A stretch of 64,000 nucleotides of DNA from Myxococcales bacterium (GCA_009692535.1 SHYZ01000002.1:8444-72443); one strand, 5' to 3'; shown: positions 10,097 to 20,698, numbered from the stretch's first letter. Notes: generated from the letters alone by a model not told the origin. Program-made: numbers and translations.

Positions 10097-11635
10097 TCAG
10101 GCGTCGAGCACCATCACCGCGTTCGAGACCGTGAATCCCGCAGGGACGCCGGGATCGACGACCAGCGTCTGCGTCACGAGCTGCACGCCGATCAGGCTCG
10201 GCGGGATGGTCTCGGCGAGGTCGAAGGCGCCGGTGCCCGCACCGCTTCCGGTCAGGAACAGCGAGAGCACGTCCGGCAACAGCGGCGCGACATGGAGCGA
10301 GCCGCCCGACTTCCCCATCGGCAGATCGGCGAAGTCGGTGCCGAAGACCAGCAGCGCGAGCGACCCGCCGAGCCCGTCACGCAGCGACAGCGTGATGTCC
10401 TCGCCCGGCATCGGCAGTCCATCAAGCGTCAGCGTCGGCACGAAGCCGCCGCTTCCCGGGCAGCCACCGTTCCGTGTTCGATCGAGCGTCGCGACGAAAA
10501 CGCCGTACCCCTTCGCGCCATCGGTGAACGTCGCGCGGAACGCCAACTGATGGCCATCGAAGCCGCGGTGCGAGAAGGTGAAGTGCGAGACCGTCCGACC
10601 GCCGAGTGTGGTGGCGGAGGTCGCGACCGTGTGGATCGTGCCGTCGAGCAGCAGGTAGAGCCCCTCGGTCGTCCCGCTCCATGCCGTGAACGCGAGCGCA
10701 CCGTCGGACCAGCCGAAGACACCGTTCACGGTGTCGAACGTGCCACCGCCCGGCGCCGGATCCCCATCCATCACCCACGCCGTGATCGGGCCGGCGCCGT
10801 TTGCGTGGAGCGGAGCGCTGAAGATTCCCGCCTTGGTCTTGCTCCAGCCGAAGAAGGCGACGTCGTTGGCGTCGTGGTCGGTCGCGCCGAGGTAGGTGAA
10901 CTTTTCGCTGGTGCCCGGCACCACGCTGCTGCCGTTGGCGACCAGCTCGACGGTGCCGGAAGTGATGTCGATGGTGTAGCAGCCGTAGCTGGTGCCGCCG
11001 GTGACGTTGGTGCGGGCAGGAACGCTGACGAAGTTCCCGTCGAGCGCCGGCATCTCGATGAAGTCGGAGTGGATGTAGGTGCCGCCGCCCGGAAGCGATT
11101 GGCCGCGGACCAGCAACAAGGTCTCGCTGCCGCCGTTCAGCGGCATCACGTTCGGATAGGTCCCGCGCAAGAACGCGACCCCGCTCGCGCCTGCCGACAG
11201 CGGCAGTCCGCCGAGCCCAACGTACTGGACCGACGTTGTCGTCGATGCGGTGTAGATCCCGTCGTAGCCGCTCCACCCATGGCCGGGGAATTCATCGCCG
11301 GCCGGGAAGTAGGCCGCGCCGGCGACGAGCGCGGGGTTCCAGAGCCAGGCGATCAGCTTGCCGGAAGTGTGAGGCGAGGCGTCACCGACGCTCACGAGCG
11401 AGACCAGTGGGCCCTGCCCGTTCGACGGCCCGATCACGATGGTGTCGACACCGCGGACCGTGTCGATCCCGGTCAGGGCGACTTGGCCAGCGTCGACGAC
11501 CGGATACTGGCCGTTCGGCACGACGACGGTCGTGTCTTCCGCGATTCGGACGAGCGACAGATGCTGCGCGGGAGCGACCGAAGCAAGGACGCCATTCACG
11601 ACGAGCGCGGCGCAGGCAGAGTGAAGGCTGAACAT
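10097..11635 (-). CDS. Secreted repeat protein of unknown function (NxxGxxAF-like repeats)
   Basis: Internal ATG 11635 gives signal peptide MFSLHSACAALVVNGVLASVAPAQ. Repeated motifs NDVAFFGW, GALAFTAW and HQLAFRATFTDG..GVFVA. The track's upstream extension is Arg-rich. Confidence 0.5.
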   Translation of the reverse strand: MFSLHSACAALVVNGVLASVAPAQHLSLVRIAEDTTVVVPNGQYPVVDAGQVALTGIDTVRGVDTIVIGPSNGQGPLVSLVSVGDASPHTSGKLIAWLWNPALVAGAAYFPAGDEFPGHGWSGYDGIYTASTTTSVQYVGLGGLPLSAGASGVAFLRGTYPNVMPLNGGSETLLLVRGQSLPGGGTYIHSDFIEMPALDGNFVSVPARTNVTGGTSYGCYTIDITSGTVELVANGSSVVPGTSEKFTYLGATDHDANDVAFFGWSKTKAGIFSAPLHANGAGPITAWVMDGDPAPGGGTFDTVNGVFGWSDGALAFTAWSGTTEGLYLLLDGTIHTVATSATTLGGRTVSHFTFSHRGFDGHQLAFRATFTDGAKGYGVFVATLDRTRNGGCPGSGGFVPTLTLDGLPMPGEDITLSLRDGLGGSLALLVFGTDFADLPMGKSGGSLHVAPLLPDVLSLFLTGSGAGTGAFDLAETIPPSLIGVQLVTQTLVVDPGVPAGFTVSNAVMVLDA

Positions 11636-11839
11636 CGTGCGGTCTCCTTGGACCGAGCGATGGCAATCGGGGTGCCGGCGTTGATGGTGCGAAATGCACC
11701 GGGTGGCCGATCGAGAATCGCAGGAGCGGCGAGGCAGGGGGGCAAATCGCGGGACACTGAAGATGGCCGTCGTCCAGCATTTGGATGGCACGGGACGAAG
11801 TTGCACGGCACGCATTGCACGGCCACGCGACTTCGAAGG

Positions 11840-14437
11840 CTAGTCGTGTTCGGCGGCGCCCTGCGGGTAGCCGAGCTGGTCGAGCATCCTTGCAAGCTCG
11901 GGCGAGAGCTCGAACTGCGCTCGGCTTTCCTGCTGCGCGAGCGATGATTTCTGGCGCTCGAATTCGGCGAGGCGGGCGTCAAGTTGGCGCTGCATTCCGG
12001 CGGTCCGCGCTGGTTCGTCGGCGGAGCGGTCGCGCGATTCCTGCGGGTCCTCGTCGAGCCGATAGAGCGCGACTGGCCATGGGCGTTCGTCGATGCGGCG
12101 GCGGACCAGCTTCCATGGCCACCGCACCAACGCGTCTTGGTCGGGCCGGTTGGCGATGCGGCGCAGCGACAACACGACCGGCTCGTCGTCGGCGGCGTTG
12201 CTGGCGCCGGTCGCTTCCGCGCTGAACTGGTCGATGGCCAGCACGCGCGGATCGAAGCCGAGGCCGAGCCGGCCGGCGATGGTGGGGGCGACGTCGGCCA
12301 GCACGACCGGCGTCTCGCGCACTTCGCCGCTTGGCACGCCGGGGCCAGCCATGATCCACGGCACCTGCGTGAGCGTGTGCCAGAGCTCGTCGCCGTGGCC
12401 GATCATGCGGTGCTCGAAGAACTCCTCGCCGTGGTCGGCGACCAGCACGACCAGGGTGTTCTCGGTCAGCTCGAGTGATTCGAGCGCTGCGACCAGGCGT
12501 GCGACGATCTCCGCGTCGGCTTGCGCCAGCGATGCGACATAGAGCGCCCGCAGGCGCGCGATGGCGGCGGCGTCGCCGGCCGCGGCCGCGCCGCGGATCG
12601 CGGTGAGCTCCTCGCGCGTGGGACGCGGCCCGCCGCCGACGCGGTCGAGCCATGGCGGGTGGGGGCGGTAGTTGTGGACGAGGTAGGTGTGGAGGAAGAG
12701 GAAGAACGGCGCATCGCGGCTCGCAGTGATCCAGTCGATCACCTCGCCCATTCGATCCTCGCCCGGCTGCGCGTCGTCGTCCTGTGCGTCGCCGATGCGG
12801 CGATGGAGGCCGACGATGCCGCCCGGATCGCGGATCGAGTAGCGGTCGAAGCCGACGCCGAAGCCGTAGCGCGGATGGACCAGTCCACCGGCGGTGAAGG
12901 CCGCGGTGCGCCAGCCCAACTCGCGCAGCCGGGCGGCGAGCGGCAGGGTCCGCAACGGATCCATCGGGTCGGTCGACGCGACCGTCTCGTGCACCAGCGG
13001 ATCCTGCCCCGACAGCATCGATAGGTGGGTCGGGAGCGTGTAGGACGCGGGTGAGAAGACGCGGGCGAAACGGGTGCCGCGAGCGGCCAGCGCGTCGAGC
13101 GCCGGCGTCGCGACCTGGGTGCCGCCGTAGCAGCCGACATGGTCGGCGCGCAGCGTGTCGAGCGAAACGACGATCACGTTCGGCGGGGTCGCTGCGGTCG
13201 GAGTCGGCGCCGGGCTCGGTTCTGACAGCAGCGTCGGCGCGCCGAGCAGCACGACGCTTCCGCGCGGACCAAGCGCGCCGAAGCGCAGCGTCACGTGGCG
13301 CCCTGCGTATGCGGCGAGCGCGATCGACTGCAGTTGCCAGCGCCTTTCGCCCGGCCGATCGCTGGTCAGTGGCGTCGCCGCAGCCATCGGCAGCGCGCAC
13401 TTCGTCCCCGCCTCGATCAAGAGGCCGAAGAGTCGCACTTCGCTAGGCGCTGTCGCCAATGCCGCGACGCCGAACTCGAGGCGCGCGCCGTGTGCCGGCA
13501 CGACGACATCGAACTCGACGCTGCCCGGCGCCGGCAGCGCGAGGCAGTCCCACGTCTCGAGGTCGAGCTCGACGCGACGTCGCAGCGGATGGGTGGCGAT
13601 CTCGACCGTCTCGTCGCCGGAGAGCGCGAGTGTCTCCGCCGCAGTGAGGCGCCGCAGTTCCACGCGATCGAGCGCAACGCCGCACGCGCCGCCGCTGACG
13701 GCGAAGGCGAGCGCCTTGCGGCCGGGATAGGGATGGACGACCGCGCGCAGCTCATGCCAGGTCGCGTGAGCGCCGGCGGCGGCGCCGGCCGCAAGGCGCG
13801 TCGCCCGCGGCTTGCGCGTGAACTCGCCCGCGTGATCGTGCAGGTCACGCACGAAGTCGTCGCCCTCGGGGGGCACGTGGTCGAGCGGCACGTAGTCGAG
13901 GCTCGGCGGCACCGGCTCGATCGGGGGCGTGCCGTCCGTGGTTGGCGTGGGCGGCGGCATCGGTGCCAGTCGCGCGACCCGGGCAGAGAGCAGGAAGCTC
14001 GTGTCGGCGTCGACCGGCGCGGTCGTCATCAGGAAGTCGCCGGCTTGAATCGCGACGGAGTCGCGCGTCCCATCGTGCAGCGGGCGCTGCGATCGTTTCC
14101 GCAACACGATTGCGTCCGCGCCGCCTTCGAGCGCCGCCTCGACGAACGACTTGCTGTGCCAGCGACCTGGAAACGGCACATCGGTCGCCATCTCGTCGGC
14201 CAGCAGCAGGTCGTCCGGCGCCGCCTCGCCGAGCGTGCCGAAGAAGGCGCCGGATTCGGGCAGGTCGAAGCGCGCGGAGTCGAGCCGTTCGAGCAGACGC
14301 GTGACGGACGGCAGCGCCGCGTCGTGGTGTGCAGCATCGTCGTGCGCAGCATCGCCGACCGTGCAATGCACGAGCGGCATCCCCACGCCCGCTACCACGA
14401 TTGCCGCGACGAGCGCACGTCCGCCTGCCACGCTCAT
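11840..14437 (-). CDS. Sulfatase-like alkaline-phosphatase-superfamily enzyme (Thr-type nucleophile motif) with large N-terminal domain
   Basis: Motifs NVIVVSLDTLRADHVG, SPASYTLPTHLSMLSG (T-x-P-x-H in place of C-x-P-x-R), HTYLVHNY and VLVADHGEEF. The ATG overlaps the stop of the upstream paralogue (ATGA at 14434-14437). Confidence 0.75.
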   Translation of the reverse strand: MSVAGGRALVAAIVVAGVGMPLVHCTVGDAAHDDAAHHDAALPSVTRLLERLDSARFDLPESGAFFGTLGEAAPDDLLLADEMATDVPFPGRWHSKSFVEAALEGGADAIVLRKRSQRPLHDGTRDSVAIQAGDFLMTTAPVDADTSFLLSARVARLAPMPPPTPTTDGTPPIEPVPPSLDYVPLDHVPPEGDDFVRDLHDHAGEFTRKPRATRLAAGAAAGAHATWHELRAVVHPYPGRKALAFAVSGGACGVALDRVELRRLTAAETLALSGDETVEIATHPLRRRVELDLETWDCLALPAPGSVEFDVVVPAHGARLEFGVAALATAPSEVRLFGLLIEAGTKCALPMAAATPLTSDRPGERRWQLQSIALAAYAGRHVTLRFGALGPRGSVVLLGAPTLLSEPSPAPTPTAATPPNVIVVSLDTLRADHVGCYGGTQVATPALDALAARGTRFARVFSPASYTLPTHLSMLSGQDPLVHETVASTDPMDPLRTLPLAARLRELGWRTAAFTAGGLVHPRYGFGVGFDRYSIRDPGGIVGLHRRIGDAQDDDAQPGEDRMGEVIDWITASRDAPFFLFLHTYLVHNYRPHPPWLDRVGGGPRPTREELTAIRGAAAAGDAAAIARLRALYVASLAQADAEIVARLVAALESLELTENTLVVLVADHGEEFFEHRMIGHGDELWHTLTQVPWIMAGPGVPSGEVRETPVVLADVAPTIAGRLGLGFDPRVLAIDQFSAEATGASNAADDEPVVLSLRRIANRPDQDALVRWPWKLVRRRIDERPWPVALYRLDEDPQESRDRSADEPARTAGMQRQLDARLAEFERQKSSLAQQESRAQFELSPELARMLDQLGYPQGAAEHD

Positions 14438-16737
14438 CTCCCGTAGCCGAGGTTGAAGATCTCGGCATCGAGGTCGGCGCCGCCGATCGCCCCCGTTTCG
14501 CGCCGCGCCGCGAACCGCTGCGCCTGCGCCTCGATCTCCGCAAGCTGCCGATCGAGCGCCGCGCGCGCCTGCAGCAAACTCGACCGCTGCGCCTCATCTC
14601 CGGCGAGATCGCGTGTCTCCGCCGGATCGTCCTCCACGTCGTAGAGCCGTTCGCTCGCCAGCTCGGGTTGACCGCCCGCGCCCTTCTTCATGAAACGCAG
14701 GTACTTGAAGCGACCGAGCACCAGTGCCGAGTGCACCTCGCCGGACGCAGGACAGTCCTGGATCAGCAGCGGCCGCGGCTCGCTCTCCTCGCCGCGCAGC
14801 AGCGGGACGAGGCTCACGCCCTGCAGATCGGCGGGCACCGCGAGGCCGGCGAGTTCGAGCATCGTCGGGGCGAGATCGACCAGGCTCACCGGCGTCGCGA
14901 CCGTCCGCGATTCGAGGCCCGGCACGTGGATCAGCAACGGCACGCGCACCACCTCGTCGTGCAGTCCGGTGGTGTGGAACAGGAAGCCGTGCTCGAGGAA
15001 GCCCTCGCCATGGTCGGCGGTCACGATCACGATCGAATCGTCGAGCGCGCCGCTCGCCTCCAAAGTGTCGAGCAACCGACCGACCGCGGCGTCGACCTCG
15101 GTCACGGTCGCGTCGTAGAGCGCTTCGTAGTGGCGCACCTGCGGCGAGCCCGGCGCGATCTGCGGGAACTGCTCGGGGGGCAGGTCGATCGGTGTCGGCC
15201 AGCGCGCATCGGTCGCGATCTGGCGGGTCGCCGCCGTCGCCTCGGACGGCGCGTAGTCGTGCGCGTGGTAGGTGTGGAAGAACAGGAAGAAGCGGCGGTC
15301 GGCCCGTTGGTCGAGCCAGCCGGTCACTTCGTCGAGCGACATCCCGTCGCGCACCGCCGCATTCCACTCGAACATCGCCCGCCGCGGGCTGCGCGTGTAA
15401 CGCAGGTTGCGCCGCGTCATCAGCGGGTCGAGCATCTTGTAACGGCTGAAGCCGCGATCGAAGCCGAAGGCGGCGTCGACGAAGCCGCCGCCGGTGAACG
15501 CCGCGGTCGCCATGCCCGCCGCTGTGCACGCCTCGGCGACGTTCGGCCATGGCCGGATCGAGATGCGTTCGCCGAAGCGGTAGGCGCCATGCACTGCGGG
15601 TTGCAGCCCAGTCATCATCGAGCCGTGCGCCGGGATGGTGAAGTTGGCCGGGCTGTAGCACCGCGGAAAGCGGATGCACTGCTCGGCGAACCGATCGAGG
15701 CGCGGCGTGAGGCCGCGCGCGCCCACGCGATCGGCGCGCAACGTGTCGAGCGAGATCAGGATCAGGTTCGGTGCGGTCGTCGCGTCGCGCTTCGCCTCGA
15801 CCACCGGCAGGCCGATGAAAAGTGCGCGTTGCGGCGCGCCCTCGATCGCGATTTCGAGCGTGGCGCCGGCCGGCAGCGCCACGGGCACGTCGAATGCGAC
15901 ATCGAGCCAGCGTCGGACGGCCTCGTCGTCAGCGAGCTTGCCGTCGACGACCCACACGACCTGTTCGGCGATCGCCGCGCCCGGCAGCCGGCAGCGCGCG
16001 CGCAGCGGCGCAGCCAGCGGCGCCATGCCCTCGGGCGCCGCCAATGCGAACGTCACGCGCGCGCCGGCGGGGATGGCCGGCAGCGTGAAGCGGCGCGTCT
16101 GGCCCGACGCCAGCGGGATCGACAGCCGCGATTCGGCGCCGACCGAATGGTGATCGGGCCGCGGCAGGACCTCCTCGCCGAGACGCGCTCGCCGCAGCAC
16201 GACCTTTCCGCCGGCCGGCACCTCGATCGAGAGCAGGATCCAGATCGTCTGGCGATCGCCGGCGACCGGCGCGGAGCGGAACCCCGCCGACCCCATCGCC
16301 CAGTCGGCTTCGAGCTGCTGAAGATGGATGCGCTGCAGCAGCGGTTCACCGAGCTTGTCGACCGTCGCGATGTTGCGCAGCGGACCGAGCAGCGAAGCCA
16401 GCCGCACCTTCGCGGGTGCGCCACTCACCTCGCCGTCGAGCTCGACCCGCAGGTCGCCGAGGATGCGGCCCGGCAGCTGCGCCACCAGCAACGCGCCCTC
16501 TTCGAGTTCGAGTGCGCCGTCGTCGCGCTCGTGGAACCGTTCGGCGCGCGGTCGCTCGTGCGGCGCGTTCGGCGAATCCCAGACGTTGCCGTTTCGCAGC
16601 AGCTCGGCCGCGGTGCGATCGAGGCGCGCGAAGGCGACCAGCGTCGGCCCATCGTCCGCCGCGCCGTGGCAGGCGATCGTCGCAATTGCACCGAACGCGA
16701 CGAGCAAGGCGATGGTGGCGGCCGCGGCGGCTCTCAT
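14434..16737 (-). CDS. Sulfatase-like alkaline-phosphatase-superfamily enzyme, paralogue of 11840-14437
   Basis: ATG 16737 gives signal peptide MRAAAAATIALLVAFGAIATIA. Motifs NLILISLDTLRADRVG, SPANFTIPAHGSMMTG, FHTYHAHDY and IVTADHGEGF. The start overlaps the murJ stop (ATGA). Confidence 0.75.
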   Translation of the reverse strand: MRAAAAATIALLVAFGAIATIACHGAADDGPTLVAFARLDRTAAELLRNGNVWDSPNAPHERPRAERFHERDDGALELEEGALLVAQLPGRILGDLRVELDGEVSGAPAKVRLASLLGPLRNIATVDKLGEPLLQRIHLQQLEADWAMGSAGFRSAPVAGDRQTIWILLSIEVPAGGKVVLRRARLGEEVLPRPDHHSVGAESRLSIPLASGQTRRFTLPAIPAGARVTFALAAPEGMAPLAAPLRARCRLPGAAIAEQVVWVVDGKLADDEAVRRWLDVAFDVPVALPAGATLEIAIEGAPQRALFIGLPVVEAKRDATTAPNLILISLDTLRADRVGARGLTPRLDRFAEQCIRFPRCYSPANFTIPAHGSMMTGLQPAVHGAYRFGERISIRPWPNVAEACTAAGMATAAFTGGGFVDAAFGFDRGFSRYKMLDPLMTRRNLRYTRSPRRAMFEWNAAVRDGMSLDEVTGWLDQRADRRFFLFFHTYHAHDYAPSEATAATRQIATDARWPTPIDLPPEQFPQIAPGSPQVRHYEALYDATVTEVDAAVGRLLDTLEASGALDDSIVIVTADHGEGFLEHGFLFHTTGLHDEVVRVPLLIHVPGLESRTVATPVSLVDLAPTMLELAGLAVPADLQGVSLVPLLRGEESEPRPLLIQDCPASGEVHSALVLGRFKYLRFMKKGAGGQPELASERLYDVEDDPAETRDLAGDEAQRSSLLQARAALDRQLAEIEAQAQRFAARRETGAIGGADLDAEIFNLGYGR

Positions 16738-18395
16738 GGGGGCAGCATCGTACGGGTGGCGGTCGATTCGTGGCGGGAACGGCGCGTGCGCACCATGCTC
16801 CAGAGTTCCGCGAGCTCCGCGCGCGCGATGAATCGTCCGGCGAGGAAGAAGACCGCGAGCCCGATCGCGATGCCACCGCCCGCCACCGCGAGTTGCTGTG
16901 CCGGCAACGGTACGCCGGCAATTCGGGTCGTGTGCGGCAGCCCGAGCCCCGCTGCGAACCAGCGCCAGGCGGCCACCGCGCCGCCCATCGCAGCGGCGGC
17001 AGCCAGCACGCGCACCGCCGGCAGCGCCAGCGTGCGCCGCGCTGCAAGCGTCGGCAGATCGAGGCCACGTGCCAGAGCGAGCGCGTTCCAGAGCGTCGCG
17101 ATCGTGGTCGCCCACGCCAACCCCGGCGCGCCGAACGGACCCACCAGCACGAAGTTGAGCACGACGTTCAAGACCACCGCCTGCAGGCTGATCCGCACCG
17201 GCCGCGATTGACGGCCGCGCGCATACTCGGCACGAGCGAGCAGCAGCACGGCCGTTTGCAGCAGCAACGTCGGCGCGTACGCGACCATGCAGGCGCCGCT
17301 CGCGGCCGCCGCCGCGGCATCGAGCTCACCGCCCTCGAACAGCAGCGCCATGATCGGACCGGCCAGCGTCATCAACCCGACGATCGCGGGGATGCAGAGC
17401 GTTGCGGTCGTGCGCAGCGCAGTGCCCAGCGTCGCGGCGAGTTCGCCGTCATCGCCGCGCGCGGCCGCCCGCGCCAACGACGGGTAGATCGCGGTGCCCA
17501 TCGCCACGCCGACGACACCCAGAGGCAACTGCATCAGCCGTTGCCCGAGGTAGAGATGGGTGACGGCGCCCTCGCCCGGGATCAGCCACTCCGCGATGAA
17601 GCTCGACAGCAGCGTGTTGATCTGGCCCGCCGCAAGGCCGAGCACCATCGGCGCCATCCGGCGCGACACGTCGGCGACGGCGCGCGTGCGCAGCGGCGCA
17701 GGGGCGAGGCAGTTTTCGCCCGTGCGGAACAGCTCGAACCACTGACAGCCGACCTGCAGCGCGCCGCCGGCGAGGATCCCGATCGCGACCCAGGTCGGAT
17801 CGGCCGGGCCACCGTGGGCGAGCCAGCCGGCGACGAGCGCGCCCAGGATCCAGGTCACGTTGCCAAGCGCGGGTGCAAGCGCGGGGAAGAAGAACCGTCC
17901 GGCGAGATTCGCGATCGCCTGCATCTGGCCCGCCACACAGATGAACACCAGATACGGCAGCGTGAAGCGCAGCAATCGCAGCGTCGTCGCGCCGGTCGCG
18001 TCCGATTCGAAGCAGAGCAGCAGCCACCTTTGCGGCAGCAGCAGCAGCGCCGCCAGCAGCGCCAGGGTCAGCGGCACCAGCGTCGCGATCAGCGACCAGA
18101 TGACCGAGCGGGCGACCCGATTGCGGCCGGCGACACCTTCGCGCCGCTCCGTCTCCGCCAGCACCGGCACCAGCGCGGCCGAGAGCGCGCCTTCGCCGAA
18201 GAGGCGGCGGAAGAGGTTCGGGATGGTCCACGCCAGCAGGATCGCGTCGGCGGTCGCCTGGCTGAAGAAGAAGACCGTGACCTTGTCGCGCACGAGCCCG
18301 AGCACGCGGCTCGCCATCGTCGCGATCGCGATGGCGCGGGCGGGCCTTACCGCGTTCTGCGCGTCGGTCGGAGCATCGGACATGGACGGAGGCAT
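16734..18395 (-). CDS. murJ: Lipid II flippase MurJ (MviN family)
   Basis: Start at ATG 18395 (or 18383). N-terminal signature ASRVLGLVRDKVTVFFFSQATADAILLAWTIPNLFRRLFGEGALSAALVPVLAE. Polytopic membrane protein of about 550 aa. The longer track ORF extension is Arg/Asp junk. Confidence 0.85.
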   Translation of the reverse strand: MPPSMSDAPTDAQNAVRPARAIAIATMASRVLGLVRDKVTVFFFSQATADAILLAWTIPNLFRRLFGEGALSAALVPVLAETERREGVAGRNRVARSVIWSLIATLVPLTLALLAALLLLPQRWLLLCFESDATGATTLRLLRFTLPYLVFICVAGQMQAIANLAGRFFFPALAPALGNVTWILGALVAGWLAHGGPADPTWVAIGILAGGALQVGCQWFELFRTGENCLAPAPLRTRAVADVSRRMAPMVLGLAAGQINTLLSSFIAEWLIPGEGAVTHLYLGQRLMQLPLGVVGVAMGTAIYPSLARAAARGDDGELAATLGTALRTTATLCIPAIVGLMTLAGPIMALLFEGGELDAAAAAASGACMVAYAPTLLLQTAVLLLARAEYARGRQSRPVRISLQAVVLNVVLNFVLVGPFGAPGLAWATTIATLWNALALARGLDLPTLAARRTLALPAVRVLAAAAAMGGAVAAWRWFAAGLGLPHTTRIAGVPLPAQQLAVAGGGIAIGLAVFFLAGRFIARAELAELWSMVRTRRSRHESTATRTMLPP

Positions 18396-18448
18396 CCTGG
18401 CCCTGCGAACGGTGGGTCCGCCCGAGGATGCCTCCGTGAGCGCGCGGA

Positions 18449-20698
18449 TCAACCGGCGTGCGGCGCCACCGGTTCCGCGACCGGCGCCAAGGCCTTGCGC
18501 GCGCTGGTCGAACCGATCTTGAACTGCCCGACCAACCGCTGCAGAGCCAGCGACATCTGCCCGAGCTGGACCGACGAGAGGTTGGTCTGCTCGGCGTTCT
18601 CCTTCGACTTCTTCGTCACGCCCGCCACACCGGCGATCGAGTGCGCGATCTCGTTGCTGCTCCGCGCCACTTCGCGCAGGTTGTTGCTGATCTGGTCGGT
18701 GGTCGCGCTCTGCTCCTCGACCGCGCTCGCGATCGAGTTCTGGTACTCGGCGATCTTCGAGATCACGTCGCGGATCTTGGCGATGGCGCCGACCGTCGAT
18801 TTCGTGTCGCCCTGGATCGCCGTGATGCGGGTGCCGATGTCCTGGGTCGCGGTGGCGGTCTGCTTGGCGAGTTCCTTGACCTCGTTGGCGACGACGGCGA
18901 AGCCTCTCCCGTCCTCGCCGGCGCGCGCGGCCTCGATCGTCGCGTTCAGGGCCAACAGGTTGGTCTGCTCCGCGATCGACGTGATGAGCTTCACCACGTT
19001 GCCGATCTCGAGGCTCGAGGCGCCGAGCTGTTGCACCGAAGCGTCGGTGGCGTGCACGTCCGACACTGCCACGCTCGCGATGCGGCTCGCGTCGCTCGAG
19101 TTCCGAGAGATCTCGCGGACACTCGCCGACATCTCCTCGACCGCCGTCGCGATGGTGTTCAGGTTCGCGCTGATCTGCGTCGCTGCACCCGAGGCGACGT
19201 TCGCTTGCTCGGTGCACTCCGCGGCGCCGGCGTTCATCCCGCTCGCGGTCCGATTCATGCCTTCGGCGGAGCGGTTCAGGCCGTCGGCGTTCTCGGAGAT
19301 GCTGCCGATCGCGCGCTGCATGGTGGCGACGGTGCCGTTCAGCGCTTCCTTGATCTTGGCGTGCTCCCCGCGGTAGTCGCCCTGCATGCGGGCGGTCAGG
19401 TCACCCTTGCCGATCTGCTGCAGGACGCTGCTCGCCTCCTGGATCGGCTGGACCACGGTCTCGAGCAGTTCGTTCATTCCTTGGCAGATCCCGCGGTAGC
19501 TGCCCTGGAAACGATCCGCCGCCGCCCGGTCCGCGAGCCGTCCATCCTTCGCGGCTTCGATCAGCGCGGTGGTCTGCTTGGCGAGGCCGGAGAGCACCTC
19601 GCGGGTCTTGTTGACGGCGACGGCGACGCGCCCGATCTCGTCGTTGCTCGTGACCTTCGCCTCGCGGTCGAGTTCGCCGCGCGCGAGCGCCTCCACCACG
19701 CCGCACACGTCGACGATCGGCCGGGTGAACCGCGGCGACAGCGCAAAGGCGGCCCCGCCGATCAGCAGGGCGATGAGCACTCCGAGCCGGATGGGTTCGG
19801 TCCGCAGCGCGCCGAGCGTGGCGAGCGCGTCCGACGTGTGCTCGCGGACGAGCGCGGTCCAGCCGTAGCCGGCGAAACCCAAGGCGCCGATGCTCTTCGC
19901 GAAGCCGTTCACCATCTCGCCGCCATCGCCGGCCTCGATCGTGAAGCCGGAAGTCTCGGACGCGGCGCGCTTCGCCGCAGTGAGGCCCTGGTCGACGCGA
20001 TTGGCGCGAAGGATCTCGGTGGCGTCGTCGGCGGCGAGGACCAACCCGTTCGCAGTCAGGACCTCGACGTGCGGGTCGCGGCCGCTGCGCTCCTTCATGT
20101 GATGGCGGCAGTCGTCGAGGATCGGATCGACGATCCGGCTCCAGGACGCGTAGTTGACCCAGATGCGCGCGATGGCGCCGGTCTCGTCGAAGATCGGTGC
20201 GACGAATGGCAGCACGTAGCCGTCGCCGCCGATTACCTGCGCGCAGAGCGGATCGCGGATCAGATCGGCGTACTAGGTCTGGCCCGCCTGCACGCGGCCC
20301 GACTTGATCTTGGTGAACCACCGCTCGGTCGACAGGTCGGCTCCGACCACGCCGGCGGTGGGGAGCTCGCGACCGTCGAAGGCGTGCGTGTTGCAGCCGA
20401 GCACCTTGCTGTCGAGGTCGACGACTGCGAGCAGGTCGTAGATCGCGTACGCCTTGCAGTAGAAGTTGGCCACCGCCGTGATTTGTTCGGCCGTGCCCCT
20501 CGCGGCGGGATGGAACGCGAAGGCCTGCACGTCGCCGTAGCGCTCGAACAGGTTGCGATCGAGTTTGTCCATCGCCGACTGCGCCTCGGCGGCGTACTGC
20601 ACTCCCGCCGGGTCGGTGAGGACGGCGCTCGAGCGCAGGAAGGTGTAGCTGCACAGCGCCACGATTGGCAGCAGCACGATCAAGAGTGCGCAGATCAC
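18449..20698 (-). pseudogene. Methyl-accepting chemotaxis protein (TM, Cache-like sensor, HAMP, MCP signalling domain) interrupted by in-frame TAG at 20273-20275
   Basis: The 141-aa and 588-aa track ORFs share one frame. The read-through reads ...[37 protein letters not shown]. Signalling motif [39 protein letters not shown] motif [18 protein letters not shown]. Confidence 0.7.

Noticed and set aside
10083-10098. GAGCG-6 nt-CGCTC hairpin between convergent genes as a terminator
   Set aside because: The stem is only 5 bp and there is no U-tract. This is too weak to call.
14329-17211. 960-aa plus-strand ORF, and the similar 986-aa ORF at 16416-19376
   Set aside because: Both are antisense to the sulfatase-like, murJ and MCP genes. 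Their translations are Arg/Ala/Gly/Pro-rich with no motifs. Long stop-free antisense frames are expected in GC-rich DNA.
16738-19217. N-terminal extensions in the track ORFs (sulfatase to 17115, murJ to 19217; likewise 11636-11815, 3486-3566, 32519-32593, 29485-30303)
   Set aside because: The extensions are Arg/Pro-rich. They overlap upstream genes. They precede internal starts that carry signal peptides, TM helices or SD sequences.
20273-20275. TAG in the MCP as pyrrolysine or programmed read-through
   Set aside because: No pyl genes or a PYLIS-like context are visible. The position is in a poorly conserved sensor loop. A simple nonsense substitution or base error is far more likely.
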